Source of the DNA: Pseudovirgaria hyperparasitica
Taxonomy: Eukaryota
Direction: 5' to 3' (one strand)
NCBI GenBank assembly: GCA_010093815.1
Contig: ML996576.1
Length of the DNA: 64,000 bases
The translations under genes and the position numbers were made by a program. Below are positions 49,109-59,105 of this stretch, in pieces. Below the pieces are notes generated by a model. It was not told the origin of the DNA and did no database searches. It saw only the letters and a list, made by a program, of their open reading frames with translations. Positions within the stretch are counted from its first letter, which is position 1, and every line of letters begins with the position of its first letter.

Positions 49109-52100
49109 CTACTGTTGGAAAGCAGTGGTCTCGAATGTAGATGGCACAAAGGCATCAGGATGGCCGGCCGGAGCATCCATCAGCGTGGCCACCTTGCTGA
49201 GCATATCAACCTCCCATTCCTCACCAGAGAGGATACGTCCAGACTCCGTCGTCACCGTAACGAACTTTCGCGACTGGTTCTCAGAAGGCTCTGGATGGAC
49301 CCACCCCTGATCCCTCTCCGCGTCGGTCATCCACATCTCGTCGAACTTTTCGTACGCAGTGAAGTTCTTCTGACCGACTTTGAAAGACCCGAGATCCGGG
49401 TCAAACCAAGCAGCACGGCCAGTGCTGACTTCGACGTAATTTGGAGCTGGCTCAGGTGCAAACTGCGGGACAGTCTCGCCAGACTGTGTGCTGATGCGCG
49501 CCGAAGACATCTGTTGCTTCTTAGTCCCTGTTGCAGCCGCTGGCACCCCCTCCTTGAACCCAGGCGCTCCAGCCTCGCAGATAGCTCGCTTCTTCGGCGT
49601 CGGACTTCCAGGTTTCCTCTCGACAGACTTGTCCAGACTAGACGGTGCCAACGTGGAGTCTGTGTGAGATGGATCCTCGGGCCCTTTCGCCTGAGATTTC
49701 CTGCTCCTTGGAGCCACCTTTGGCCGAGTCCCAGCTTGACTGGAACTCTGCTGAGCTGGAGTGGAACTTTGCATGGCCGCCCATTGCAGCTCTTCGTCAT
49801 GCTCATCCCTTTTGATCTTCCAATAGAGTTCCTTCTCCGCCTCATGGAAGCTGTCATGTGCCTTAGCGTCGAATGACGCCTGCTTGGGCTGTGCCATCGC
49901 TGGCGGAGGACAATAGCTCGACGGCGCATGGGCTGAAGGCGTTGTCGACTTCATGGGGTTCATGAAAACAGGTGGACCCCATGTTCCTTCCGAGATGCTG
50001 GCTTTCTGTTGTCCCGGTCCGCTTTTCTTTGCAGGAGCCTTCCTGCTGCTCGGCATCATTTTCCAGCGAGGTCCATTGTACATGGGAGCTGTCTGTGCGA
50101 TCTCAGCCAACCGTTCCGCACGCTCCTTCTCAGCCAAACGTTCCGCACGCTGCTTCGCCGCCAGGTGCCAAGCCACATGCGCCTTCTTGTCGAATTGGAG
50201 AGGCTGGCCGCTGTGGCCCTGAGGAATACGATGACCATGCTGGTTTTGTACAGTATGCTGGCTACTGGGACCCGAGCGATCATGGGTCCCATGTGCAGTG
50301 CGTTTCTTGGACGGTGGTGGAAGATCTTCCTGCGTGTTGTGCATTTGCAGCGCAAGCGAGACATCCACAGATTGAGGATCACACTGCACATTGTGCGTTG
50401 GTAGACCTTGCTGTCCGAACTTAGGCTGGGATGTCGACTCTACAGTAACCGTAGGCGGAAGTTGTTGGGGACCCTGCAATTGGACAGTAGGCTGGACGGT
50501 CTGTCCCTGTTGAACGGTCTGAATTTGCTGAGGCTGAAACTGAGGGGTACTTCCAAAGTTCTGTGCCTGTTGAGGAACTTGTGCCTCTTGAAATGTCTGT
50601 GGGTGTTGTACATTGGGCAGTTGCTGAGGCTGAAGCAAGTGCGGAACTTGTTGAAAGTTCTCCGCTCGGCCAGGCTGGAGGATGCTCTGGGCGTGTTGAA
50701 AGTTTTGAGCAAGCTGAAAGTTCTGGGCGAGTTGCAGGTCGTGACTCTGTTGATAGTCCTGGGTCTGTGGAAAGTTCTGCACATGCTGAGATTGGAGAAA
50801 GTTCGGATTCTCTTGGAAGTTTTGCGCTTGCTCAGGCGGGAAGAAGTTCTGCGAGTTCTGGGTCTGTGTGAAATCCTGGGCCTGTGGAAAGTACTGTTGC
50901 TGCGAGAACTGTTGCTGCGAGAGCTGTTGCTGCGAGAACTGTTGCTGCGAGAGCTGTTGCTGCGAGAACTGTTGCTGCGAGAACTGTTGCTCTGCAAAGT
51001 GCAGTTGCTCCGGGAAGTACTGTTGCTGTAAGAAGTACGGTTCTTGTGGAAAGTACGGAGCCTGTTGCATGAGCGGTTCCTGTTGAAAGATTGGATCCTG
51101 CTGAAAAATCGGATCCTGCTGAAAGATCGGGTCCTGTTGGAAGAAAGGATCCTGTTGGAAGAAAGAATCCTGTTGGAAGAAAGAATCCTGTTGGAAGAAA
51201 GGATCCTGTTGGAAGAAAGGATCTTGTTGAAAGAAAGAATCTTGTTGAAAGAATGGATCCTGCTGAAAGATCGGATCCTGTTGGAGAAACGGATCCTGCT
51301 GGAAGAATGGATCCTGCTGAAAAACTGAATCTTGTTGAATGAACAGATCCTGCGGAACGGATAGGTCATGAGGAAAGTGTTGTTCAAGATGAGAGTCTTG
51401 CAATTGTTGAAGGTTCTCAGCTTCTTGGGGCTGACAAACGTCGTTGATGTTCTGTTGCCCTTGAGTATGGTGCACTTCTTGAGGCTGGGGTATACCCTGG
51501 AAGCTCTGTAACGGTTGAAGATCTTCAGGATTCTGCACTTGATGTAACTCAAAAGCATCGGTGACAGCCTGTGCCCCTTGGATGGTCTGTACTTGCGGAA
51601 TTTGTGAGAAGATCTGTGTCTCCGAAGTGTTTTGCTCTTGCGCAGACTGAGAACGAGGTGTCTCTTGGACGATTGGCATCTCCTGGGCGCTTTGTGCTTG
51701 CTGTAGCTGAGGATCGTCAGGGACAATCCTTGTCTCGTCGACATTTGTGGCCTGTGTCTTTTGGGCGGTTTCGATCTGTGTCTCTTGGACGACGGTTTCG
51801 ACCGCTGTCTCTTTGATGTTTTGCACTTGCTCAAGATCGGGGTCGATCTGTGTCGGTTGAGAGATCTTCTCTTGCTGAGGGGAGGACTGATTTTGGGCAG
51901 TGTCCTTTGCGACATGTGTCTCCTGACTGTTTCGCGTTCGTTGGGGCTGAGGAGTGCTATGGGCGATCGGTGTCGCTTGGACGCCTTGCACTTGCTCAGG
52001 ATTGAGGATCATACATGTCTGTTGAGAATTATGTTCTTGCTGTGATGGAGTCCGAAGCTCAAGCTCAAGAGGGTCGTGGGAAGTCTGTGTATCCTGAACG

Positions 52101-53476
52101 CTTTGCACATGCTGAGGCTTTTGGGCAATCTGCTTCTCTTGGACAATTTGCATTTGCCCAGAATCCGGGCCGACCTGTGTCTTTTGAGCGTTTTGTACTT
52201 GCTTCGGATGAGGCTTTGGGGTGCCTTGAATGTCCTGAGTCTGTTGAAGATGTTGGGTCTGCTGGGATATCAGAGTACTGCGAGTATCCTGTGACTGAGG
52301 ACTGCTCTTGATATCCTGAGCATTGTGGTCAATTGTCTTCTCGAGAACGTGCTGAGAATCCTTTAGATCCTTATGCATCTTCATTTGACGCTTCCACCTT
52401 CTCTCTGCTTGTACATAGGCCAAGCTAATGGGCTTTTGCACCTTACGCTCTGGCTTGTGAGGCTTTATACCACTGTTGCCACTGCGTGACGGTACACGAC
52501 GATGACTGTTGGAGATCCGGGACTGCTGACCATTCTGGTTCTTTGGCAGGCGTTGCTGCCTTAAACCCTGCATTTCAGCGAGACTAGGCTGTGACTGCAC
52601 CCTTTGTAAGAAGTCGGAGTACTCGGCAGGTACTCGATGAATTTCGGTCATGACAGCAACAGGGGCTCGATAAGTGCTAGTCTGGGAAGCTGCTGGTGTC
52701 TCAAGAGAGGGGGACAGCTCTTGACCTCCAGTCAAAGACACTAAGTCACTATTTGGATGAGCTATAGGATTGACATGATCGCTCGGAGGTGTCGATTCGG
52801 GTTGAGTCAAAGATTGGTCTTGGTTACCCAAGCGTGGGTTATGATGTGGGAAGTCCCGGTGAGCCATATTGGTATGGAATAGCGGATAGGCTTGAGACTG
52901 CATGTAGTGTGCCATTCCCTGATCCTTGGAGTCGTACGAGGACGAGTAAAGACGATGGGATGGAAACTCCCAGTTCTGAGCGGTGAGATTCTGTGTGTGC
53001 TGACGAGGAGGCGGTTGAGGCGGTTGGGGCGGCCTGTTCTGTCCAGTCACTGCGTGATGGTGCTGCTGAGCTGCCAACTGGTGATAATTCCGAACCAATT
53101 CCTCATTCTGATTTGTTCGCAGCCACCAGGCTGCGTCCTGGCCAGGTAGGTTCGTTTGAGGGGTCTGCTGCAGCTGGATACCATTGGGAGGATTTACGTA
53201 ACCATGATTCAATGAGCCGTAATATTGGCCATTGCTATTGAGCGGCTGGAAGTGCTGCTGCGTTGACTCGTTGGTCTTCGCTGCTGATGACCCATGAGTC
53301 GGACAGCCATTACTGACGTGAGGTGTTGGAGGAGTTGGAGGCATGTAGCCACCGTACGGAGCCGGATATTTAAGACAATATGGGGACGAGCGGCGCGTGG
53401 CAGGCAGAGGCATTGGAAACGTTGGCAAGACGCCGATCTGCTGGCCTCGCTGCTGTTGGTCCGCAAAGTTTGACAT
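49109..53476 (-). CDS. Very large intronless Gln-rich orphan protein (~1455 aa from first plausible ATG)
   Basis: Uninterrupted 4.4-4.6 kb ORF, Q/P-rich throughout, with internal tandem repeats and a short aromatic-rich C-terminal segment; no recognisable domain. Confidence 0.8.
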   Translation of the reverse strand: MSNFADQQQRGQQIGVLPTFPMPLPATRRSSPYCLKYPAPYGGYMPPTPPTPHVSNGCPTHGSSAAKTNESTQQHFQPLNSNGQYYGSLNHGYVNPPNGIQLQQTPQTNLPGQDAAWWLRTNQNEELVRNYHQLAAQQHHHAVTGQNRPPQPPQPPPRQHTQNLTAQNWEFPSHRLYSSSYDSKDQGMAHYMQSQAYPLFHTNMAHRDFPHHNPRLGNQDQSLTQPESTPPSDHVNPIAHPNSDLVSLTGGQELSPSLETPAASQTSTYRAPVAVMTEIHRVPAEYSDFLQRVQSQPSLAEMQGLRQQRLPKNQNGQQSRISNSHRRVPSRSGNSGIKPHKPERKVQKPISLAYVQAERRWKRQMKMHKDLKDSQHVLEKTIDHNAQDIKSSPQSQDTRSTLISQQTQHLQQTQDIQGTPKPHPKQVQNAQKTQVGPDSGQMQIVQEKQIAQKPQHVQSVQDTQTSHDPLELELRTPSQQEHNSQQTCMILNPEQVQGVQATPIAHSTPQPQRTRNSQETHVAKDTAQNQSSPQQEKISQPTQIDPDLEQVQNIKETAVETVVQETQIETAQKTQATNVDETRIVPDDPQLQQAQSAQEMPIVQETPRSQSAQEQNTSETQIFSQIPQVQTIQGAQAVTDAFELHQVQNPEDLQPLQSFQGIPQPQEVHHTQGQQNINDVCQPQEAENLQQLQDSHLEQHFPHDLSVPQDLFIQQDSVFQQDPFFQQDPFLQQDPIFQQDPFFQQDSFFQQDPFFQQDPFFQQDSFFQQDSFFQQDPFFQQDPIFQQDPIFQQDPIFQQEPLMQQAPYFPQEPYFLQQQYFPEQLHFAEQQFSQQQFSQQQLSQQQFSQQQLSQQQFSQQQYFPQAQDFTQTQNSQNFFPPEQAQNFQENPNFLQSQHVQNFPQTQDYQQSHDLQLAQNFQLAQNFQHAQSILQPGRAENFQQVPHLLQPQQLPNVQHPQTFQEAQVPQQAQNFGSTPQFQPQQIQTVQQGQTVQPTVQLQGPQQLPPTVTVESTSQPKFGQQGLPTHNVQCDPQSVDVSLALQMHNTQEDLPPPSKKRTAHGTHDRSGPSSQHTVQNQHGHRIPQGHSGQPLQFDKKAHVAWHLAAKQRAERLAEKERAERLAEIAQTAPMYNGPRWKMMPSSRKAPAKKSGPGQQKASISEGTWGPPVFMNPMKSTTPSAHAPSSYCPPPAMAQPKQASFDAKAHDSFHEAEKELYWKIKRDEHDEELQWAAMQSSTPAQQSSSQAGTRPKVAPRSRKSQAKGPEDPSHTDSTLAPSSLDKSVERKPGSPTPKKRAICEAGAPGFKEGVPAAATGTKKQQMSSARISTQSGETVPQFAPEPAPNYVEVSTGRAAWFDPDLGSFKVGQKNFTAYEKFDEMWMTDAERDQGWVHPEPSENQSRKFVTVTTESGRILSGEEWEVDMLSKVATLMDAPAGHPDAFVPSTFETTAFQQ
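50893..50990 (-). repeat. 15-nt coding minisatellite (QQQFS/QQQLS x6)
   Basis: Plus-strand unit CTGTTGCTGCGAGA(A/G) repeated about 6 times. Confidence 0.9.
51080..51355 (-). repeat. 18-nt coding minisatellite (QQDPFF-type x14 plus degenerate flanks)
   Basis: Plus-strand unit approximately GGATCCTGTTGGAAGAAA; protein QQDSVF QQDPFF QQDPFL QQDPIF ... Confidence 0.9.
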
Positions 53477-55158
53477 GTTGATGTGAGTTGAGCTTTGTTG
53501 ATTGGAAGAGGAAGCTGATTGTAGGTGGAAGTCAAAGAGGTGCCTTGAGTCGGAAAAGATTGCGCTACACCCTGAATGTTCAGAGAGCACGAGAAGTATG
53601 TTTGATGTGAAGATGTTCAATGGAAAACCACAGTTTGGCGTGCCGACGTTGAAGATAGACGTGCAGAATGTTTCTGACACGACAAACAGCCAAACGTGAG
53701 GCAAGATTTCCAAAATAACGTTTGTAGGTTCAATGAAGGATGAGGTGAAGCGTGAGATTGCAGGTTGGTCTTTAGTATCGACAGAGAAGAGTTGTTGGAG
53801 TGTACGAAGACAAATGTAAGCTTCAAGTAGAGTCTTGAAAGTGGAACTTGACGAGATTGTATGTGTGAGAGTGAGAAAGGGAGGAGGGGAAAGGTTGAGA
53901 GCAAAGTTCAGAGCGCTTCAGAGCGCTTCCAGGTGATTACACAATGACCGGCAGAACTCCGTCTATTTGGTTTTCAATGGTACTGAACTGAATAGTGGGC
54001 AATAGGCACCCGAAACGCGTGAATAGCCGCTGCTAGACTACATGTGTATTGTAATATTAGGGTGACTAAAGTGAACCTCGACAGCGTAGCAATGATGATT
54101 GGCTCAAGCTCCTATTCATAATTGTCTTCCTTGATGAAAATTTGCTCATGCGAGCGGTGAAGTAAGGCATAGCTGGCCACAGACGTAGCTCAACCGTGGG
54201 CTCAGCTACCGGCGCAACGAACACTGACACAGCGCGTCGAAATGGGCGGTGTAATTAGGTCAACGCAGCAACCAGTATAATTATAGACCAAGTCTCTAGA
54301 AGAAATCTATAAAAATTTAAGGTTATCTCTAAAACTGAGGCTTCTCAGAGACCAGATTACCCCTCCGTAGGGGTCTGTGAAGGGCATTGCGAAGGGACTG
54401 TAATCTTCCAACAGGTTTAAAATACGTATTGTTCTACGCGTCTGACGTCAATCGCACATCTGATCAGTTCGAATGGCCTATTATGTATCAAGGGAGATAG
54501 CACCGCCAATGACAGAGTCCATATGCCTATTCACTCCAACCTCCCACTTTGCTCCCTGACGATCCGGGAATTGCTCCAAGTTCGGCGATGGCTTTGTGAC
54601 TCACAAATAAACCCACTCAACAGGATACTGCGGAAGTCCATCTTGCGAGATACGAGACGAGGGGGGGCAAAAAGAACTACGCGTTGATGGCGTCGGCGTC
54701 GCAGCACTTGTCCACATTCACACAAAGTACCCCGCCAGATGCCGTTCACATTAAGTCACCCATTGAACAGCGCATCAACGTGAAAGGAAGAAAGGAATCG
54801 TGCACAGAGCTGCTTGTACGCGTGATGCACATTCGATCCCATCTTTTCTCTGCAGCGTTTGCAATTTATTCACATTTAGTTTGTTTACGAAGTGACGTTG
54901 AACGGCTGCCAGGGATGGCTGCGTTAGTCCAGACTACAGTGGACACCTACAGTAGTTGGAACCTTAACCTTGGAACGTTGATATTATCCAGCCTATTAGG
55001 GCAGCCCGAGTTGGTGCTACAGTGCTCTAAGTAGGGGTAGCACTGGTGGACAATGCGCCCTGATCCAACCTATGACTGCAGACGCCCTCCTTTCCTGTTC
55101 CTGTTGCTGGGACTCTGAATGCGCACCCAACGCATGTTACAGCACGCTTCTGCAACAG

Positions 55159-55220
55159 CAAGGCATCAAGGCATCAAGGCATTCAAACATCACATCAAGG
55201 CATCAAGGCATCAAGGCATC
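55159..55220. repeat. Octamer repeat CAAGGCAT (2 x 3 copies) upstream of RIM1
   Basis: caaggcatcaaggcatcaaggcat-tcaaacatcacat-caaggcatcaaggcatcaaggcat. Confidence 0.8.
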
Positions 55221-55414
55221 CTGCACACTGCAGCCGCTGAGAACTGACAGGAGCATTAGACGCGATTCAAACCTTTCATTTCCCCCAAGACGCGACCTGA
55301 TCTGCCTCCACTCCCAACATCCACTACCGTCGAAGCCTGATCATCAAATCAGCCTCCCGAGCAACACATTGCACTCTTGCACCGACTCACACTCTTGTTC
55401 TTCCCACCCTCACC

Positions 55415-56086
55415 ATGTTCAGCGCCTCAATGTTCCGCCGTGCCCCCTCAGGGCTTGCTCCCCTATCACGAAGCTTCACCACGACCCGCGCGCAAAACTC
55501 GGCACGCATGAACATCATCGGCCGCCTGGGAGCAGAGCCTGAGCTCGTGAGCACCAGCACTGGACGCGATCTGGTGCGATATGTCATTGGAACTGACAGT
55601 GGACCAAAGGACAACAAGAAGACTAGCTGGTTTCGCGTCGCTTGTTTCGACGAGGGCCCGAGGAAAGATTATGTTCTTGGCCTTCCCAAAGGGTAAGTTT
55701 TATTCTATTCACAGTTTCTCCGGAGTCATTTCTGAGGTGGCATGGAAATTTGCAAGCGGCGATGGACATTTCCTGCAACATATAAACACAACTTTGGCTG
55801 ACTTGACCCCTCACAGCTCGCTTGTCCACGTCGAGGCTGATGCGAGAATTGATGTCTACGACGACCCGAACGTAGAGGGTAAGAGAGCTTCGTCTCTCAA
55901 CCTTGTCCAAAGTAAGTCAATCCAAGACTGTCTTCTCGAGCACCGGCATCACCAAGTGCACTCTCGCGAGCTTATTACACTGGCACTATCCCAGAAAAAG
56001 ATTGTATCTAATGTGTCGCCACAGGAAGCATCGACGTTCTCGGCCGTCCACGCAACGAGGGCGAGGCGGCTGCCATGAGTGGTTGA
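55415..56086 (+). CDS. RIM1: Mitochondrial single-stranded DNA-binding protein
   Basis: Presequence MFSASMFRR..RSFTTTRA, then OB-fold SSB motifs ARMNIIGRLGAEPE, TSWFRVACF, LPKGSLVHVEA; exons 55415-55692, ~55817-55911 and ~56024-56086. Confidence 0.9.
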
Positions 56087-56493
56087 GCAATGGCTGAACA
56101 AGGTTCCCTGCGTGTTTTATGTTTCTATAATGTGGAATTGGAGGGTTCAGGTGCTCACCACGTGGATGTAGGATGTTTTGTCGATGACTATCGCTGTATA
56201 ATAGCTTCTGATGATTCCCAACTCTGGCAGTGCCAAATTCATCTGTTTCACTATGCGCATCGCACAATTGCTGTCAAAAACTCGATTACATATGCAGCTG
56301 AAAACTCTACTAGTCAACAAATTGCGTATCTGAATTACCGCAGCTCTTGTGCTGCTCTTCATCCTCTTGACTCAACTCGCAAAATCTAGTTGTATATGAA
56401 AAAAGGCTTGGCGCTCGGGGGTCTTGAACTTCTCGCCGCAACGTACTAGGCCCTTCAAGCCGATCTCAACTCTACACACAAACCACCACAAGC

Positions 56494-58632
56494 ATGACCA
56501 CGCTCTTTCGACCGAGGGCCTATCTACTCTGGAAGCATGGTCTTCACATACGGTCATCCCAATTTCAACGTTGCTTCGCCACCACCTCCGATTCAAGGCA
56601 AGTTCGGGCCCTCGCCTACCCGTAGGCCCAAAACTCGTTACCGATCCATATACTAATAAATTCCAATCACAGACCATATGACGTCGTCGTAATTGGTGGA
56701 GGGCACGCAGGCTGTGAAGCCAGCGCTGCCGCAGCACGCTCTGGCGCCCGTACCGCTCTCATCACACCGAAATTGGACAACCTGGGGACGTGTTCTTGCA
56801 ATCCGTCGTTTGGCGGCATCGGAAAGGGCACACTGCTCCGCGAAGTCGATGCGCTGGATGGTCTAGTAGGAAAAGTAGTGGATAAGGCAGGCGTACACTT
56901 CCGAGTGCTGAACAGGGCCAAGGGTCCGGCGGTGTGGGGACCAAGAGCGCAGATAGATCGAGCGCTTTACAAGAAGCATATGCGAGAAGAAGTTACAAAT
57001 TACAGGAACCTGAGTGTTGTCGAGGCGAGCGTCGCTGATATTGTGATTGAGAAAGACGGCGCAATAGGGTCCGGGAGACATGGGAAGATTACGGGCGTGA
57101 GGCTAGAGAGTGGTGATGTGATACCAACGAAGAGCGTTGTGATCACGACGGGGACCTTTTTAAGTGGTGAAATACATCTCGGGCTCCAGGTGTGGCCAGC
57201 AGGGAGGATAGGCGAGGATGCCACATACAGTTTGGCAACGTCGCTGAAAGAGGCTGGGTTCCAGACTGGACGCTTGAAGACAGGCACACCGCCGAGATTG
57301 GATCGCAAGACAATTGAGTTCTCTGGCTTGGTGGTACAACCTGGAGACGAGTCACCAGCACCTTTCAGTTATCTGAATAACAGAGTTGCGGTTGACAAGC
57401 AGCTTCATTGCTACGAGACGCATACGAACCATGAAACGCACAATATTGTTCGCGCAAACCTTGACAAGACGATTCACATACGGGAAACAGTCAACGGGCC
57501 ACGATATTGTCCGTCTATAGAATCTAAGGTCACGAGATTTGCGGACAAGCAGCAACACATCGTATGGCTAGAGCCAGAGGGCTTCGACAGTGAGCTTATC
57601 TATCCCAACGGTATATCGATGACATTACCTCCTGAAATCCAGGAACAAGTGATAAAGTCTATCAAAGGACTCGAGAATGCCGTACTCGTGCAGGATGGCT
57701 ATGGCGTGGAGTACGACTATGTTGACCCAAGGAGTCTCCTGTCGACGCTCGAGACCAAGGCAATCCAGGGCCTGTTCCTTGCGGGTCAGATCAATGGTAC
57801 TACTGGATATGAGGAGGCTGCAGCTCAGGGTGTGGTCGCTGGTACTAATGCAGGACTGACGGCACAGAGCAAGCAGCCGCTCAATTTGACCCGAGCTGAT
57901 GGGTACATTGGAATCTTGATTGACGATCTTATAACAAAGGGCGTATCCGAGCCATATCGGATGTTCACATCTCGGAGCGAATACAGGATGAGTGCCCGAG
58001 CAGATAACGCGGACACACGTCTGACCCCGTTGGGTCGCACAGCCGGTGTCGTCGGCGACGAACGGTGGGCCAGCTACAGCAATGAACAGGAACAAATCAA
58101 GCGCTTAAGCAAGATCTTGTCTGACAAGAAGCTGTCGTCGGCACGATGGCAGGAGGCTGGGATACACGTGCGCATGAACGGCGAGTCACGGAGCGCTTAC
58201 GAAGTCATGCGTGTCCGGCACAGCGTGAATGACACCGTCAACATCAGCAGACTGGAAGACATAGTTCCTGAAATCAAAGATTACAGCCAGAGGATACAGA
58301 CCAGAGTTGAGATTGAAGCCACATATGCGCCATATATAAAGCAGCAGCAGGCTATAAGGGCCGCGTTCCTTCGGAACGAAAGTCTCAAATTACCGCTTGA
58401 CACCGATTACTCGGCTATACTGGGTCTGAGTAACGAAGAGAAGCGAGTGTTGAATCAGTTCAAGCCAGAAAGCATCGGACAGGCGAATCGGATTGAGGGT
58501 GTCACACCAAGCGGTATGCTGACGCTGTTGGGCTACGTCAAAGGGTACAGAAGAGTTCGAAGAAGTCAGGAACTAGAACAGCGAGGTCCAGACGCCGAAG
58601 CGAAGGCAGCTATTTTTGCCAATGCTGAATAG
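56494..58632 (+). CDS. MTO1: Mitochondrial tRNA U34 modification enzyme Mto1 (GidA/MnmG family)
   Basis: [19 protein letters not shown]-binding motif, [68 protein letters not shown]; presequence exon from ATG 56494, intron ending 56672. Confidence 0.97.
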
Positions 58633-59105
58633 TGTCCCAGGACACATATGTACATGTATGAAATGCATCCATTGGTGTTGCCGGGTTGAGCATTTCCGGC
58701 GTTCACGTTGTACAATGGAGTATACTCCGAAGCCTGTCTGACAAGGCACAGCACCACTTGGCTGCGCTCATTTATTGTATATAATGTATATAGTGTATAC
58801 AACAGACGAATCTAAACATAGAAGCTTCGTAAACCCACTCGCAGAGCTAGGGCAACAGGGACGATCGTGGTAGTATATGATTCGCCTCACTGCCTCACTG
58901 CCTTGGAGTTGGGCCGCGTACGCGCTAGTTCTGATATCTCGACTTCTTCACTTCAGGCCCACTCAAGCTCGTCTTCCACGCAACATGACATCACCAACGT
59001 CCATCTCCAACGCATCCTCATGAGCTGACTGCTCACTCCGCTCACTTCTCATACATCAGTCCATCACGTCCGCGCATACCGAGTGCGGCGTCACATTCGG
59101 CTGCC

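Noticed and set aside
50893..51355. Regular direct repeats as a possible CRISPR-like array
   Set aside because: The units are contiguous, have no unique spacers, are multiples of 3 nt and lie in frame in a eukaryotic ORF.
48923..52311. Long overlapping ORFs (48923-49876 +, 50440-51915 -, 50408-51031 +, including the CCENC-repeat ORF)
   Set aside because: Antisense or alternate-frame shadows of the repetitive Gln-rich gene; non-ATG starts or no independent features.
53476..53713. 79-aa N-terminal extension of the Gln-rich ORF
   Set aside because: It starts at TTG, which is not a usual fungal start; the first ATG in good context is at 53476.
28300..54900. Starship or other giant mobile element
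   Set aside because: No tyrosine-recombinase captain, transposase, typical cargo gene or terminal repeat was recognisable.
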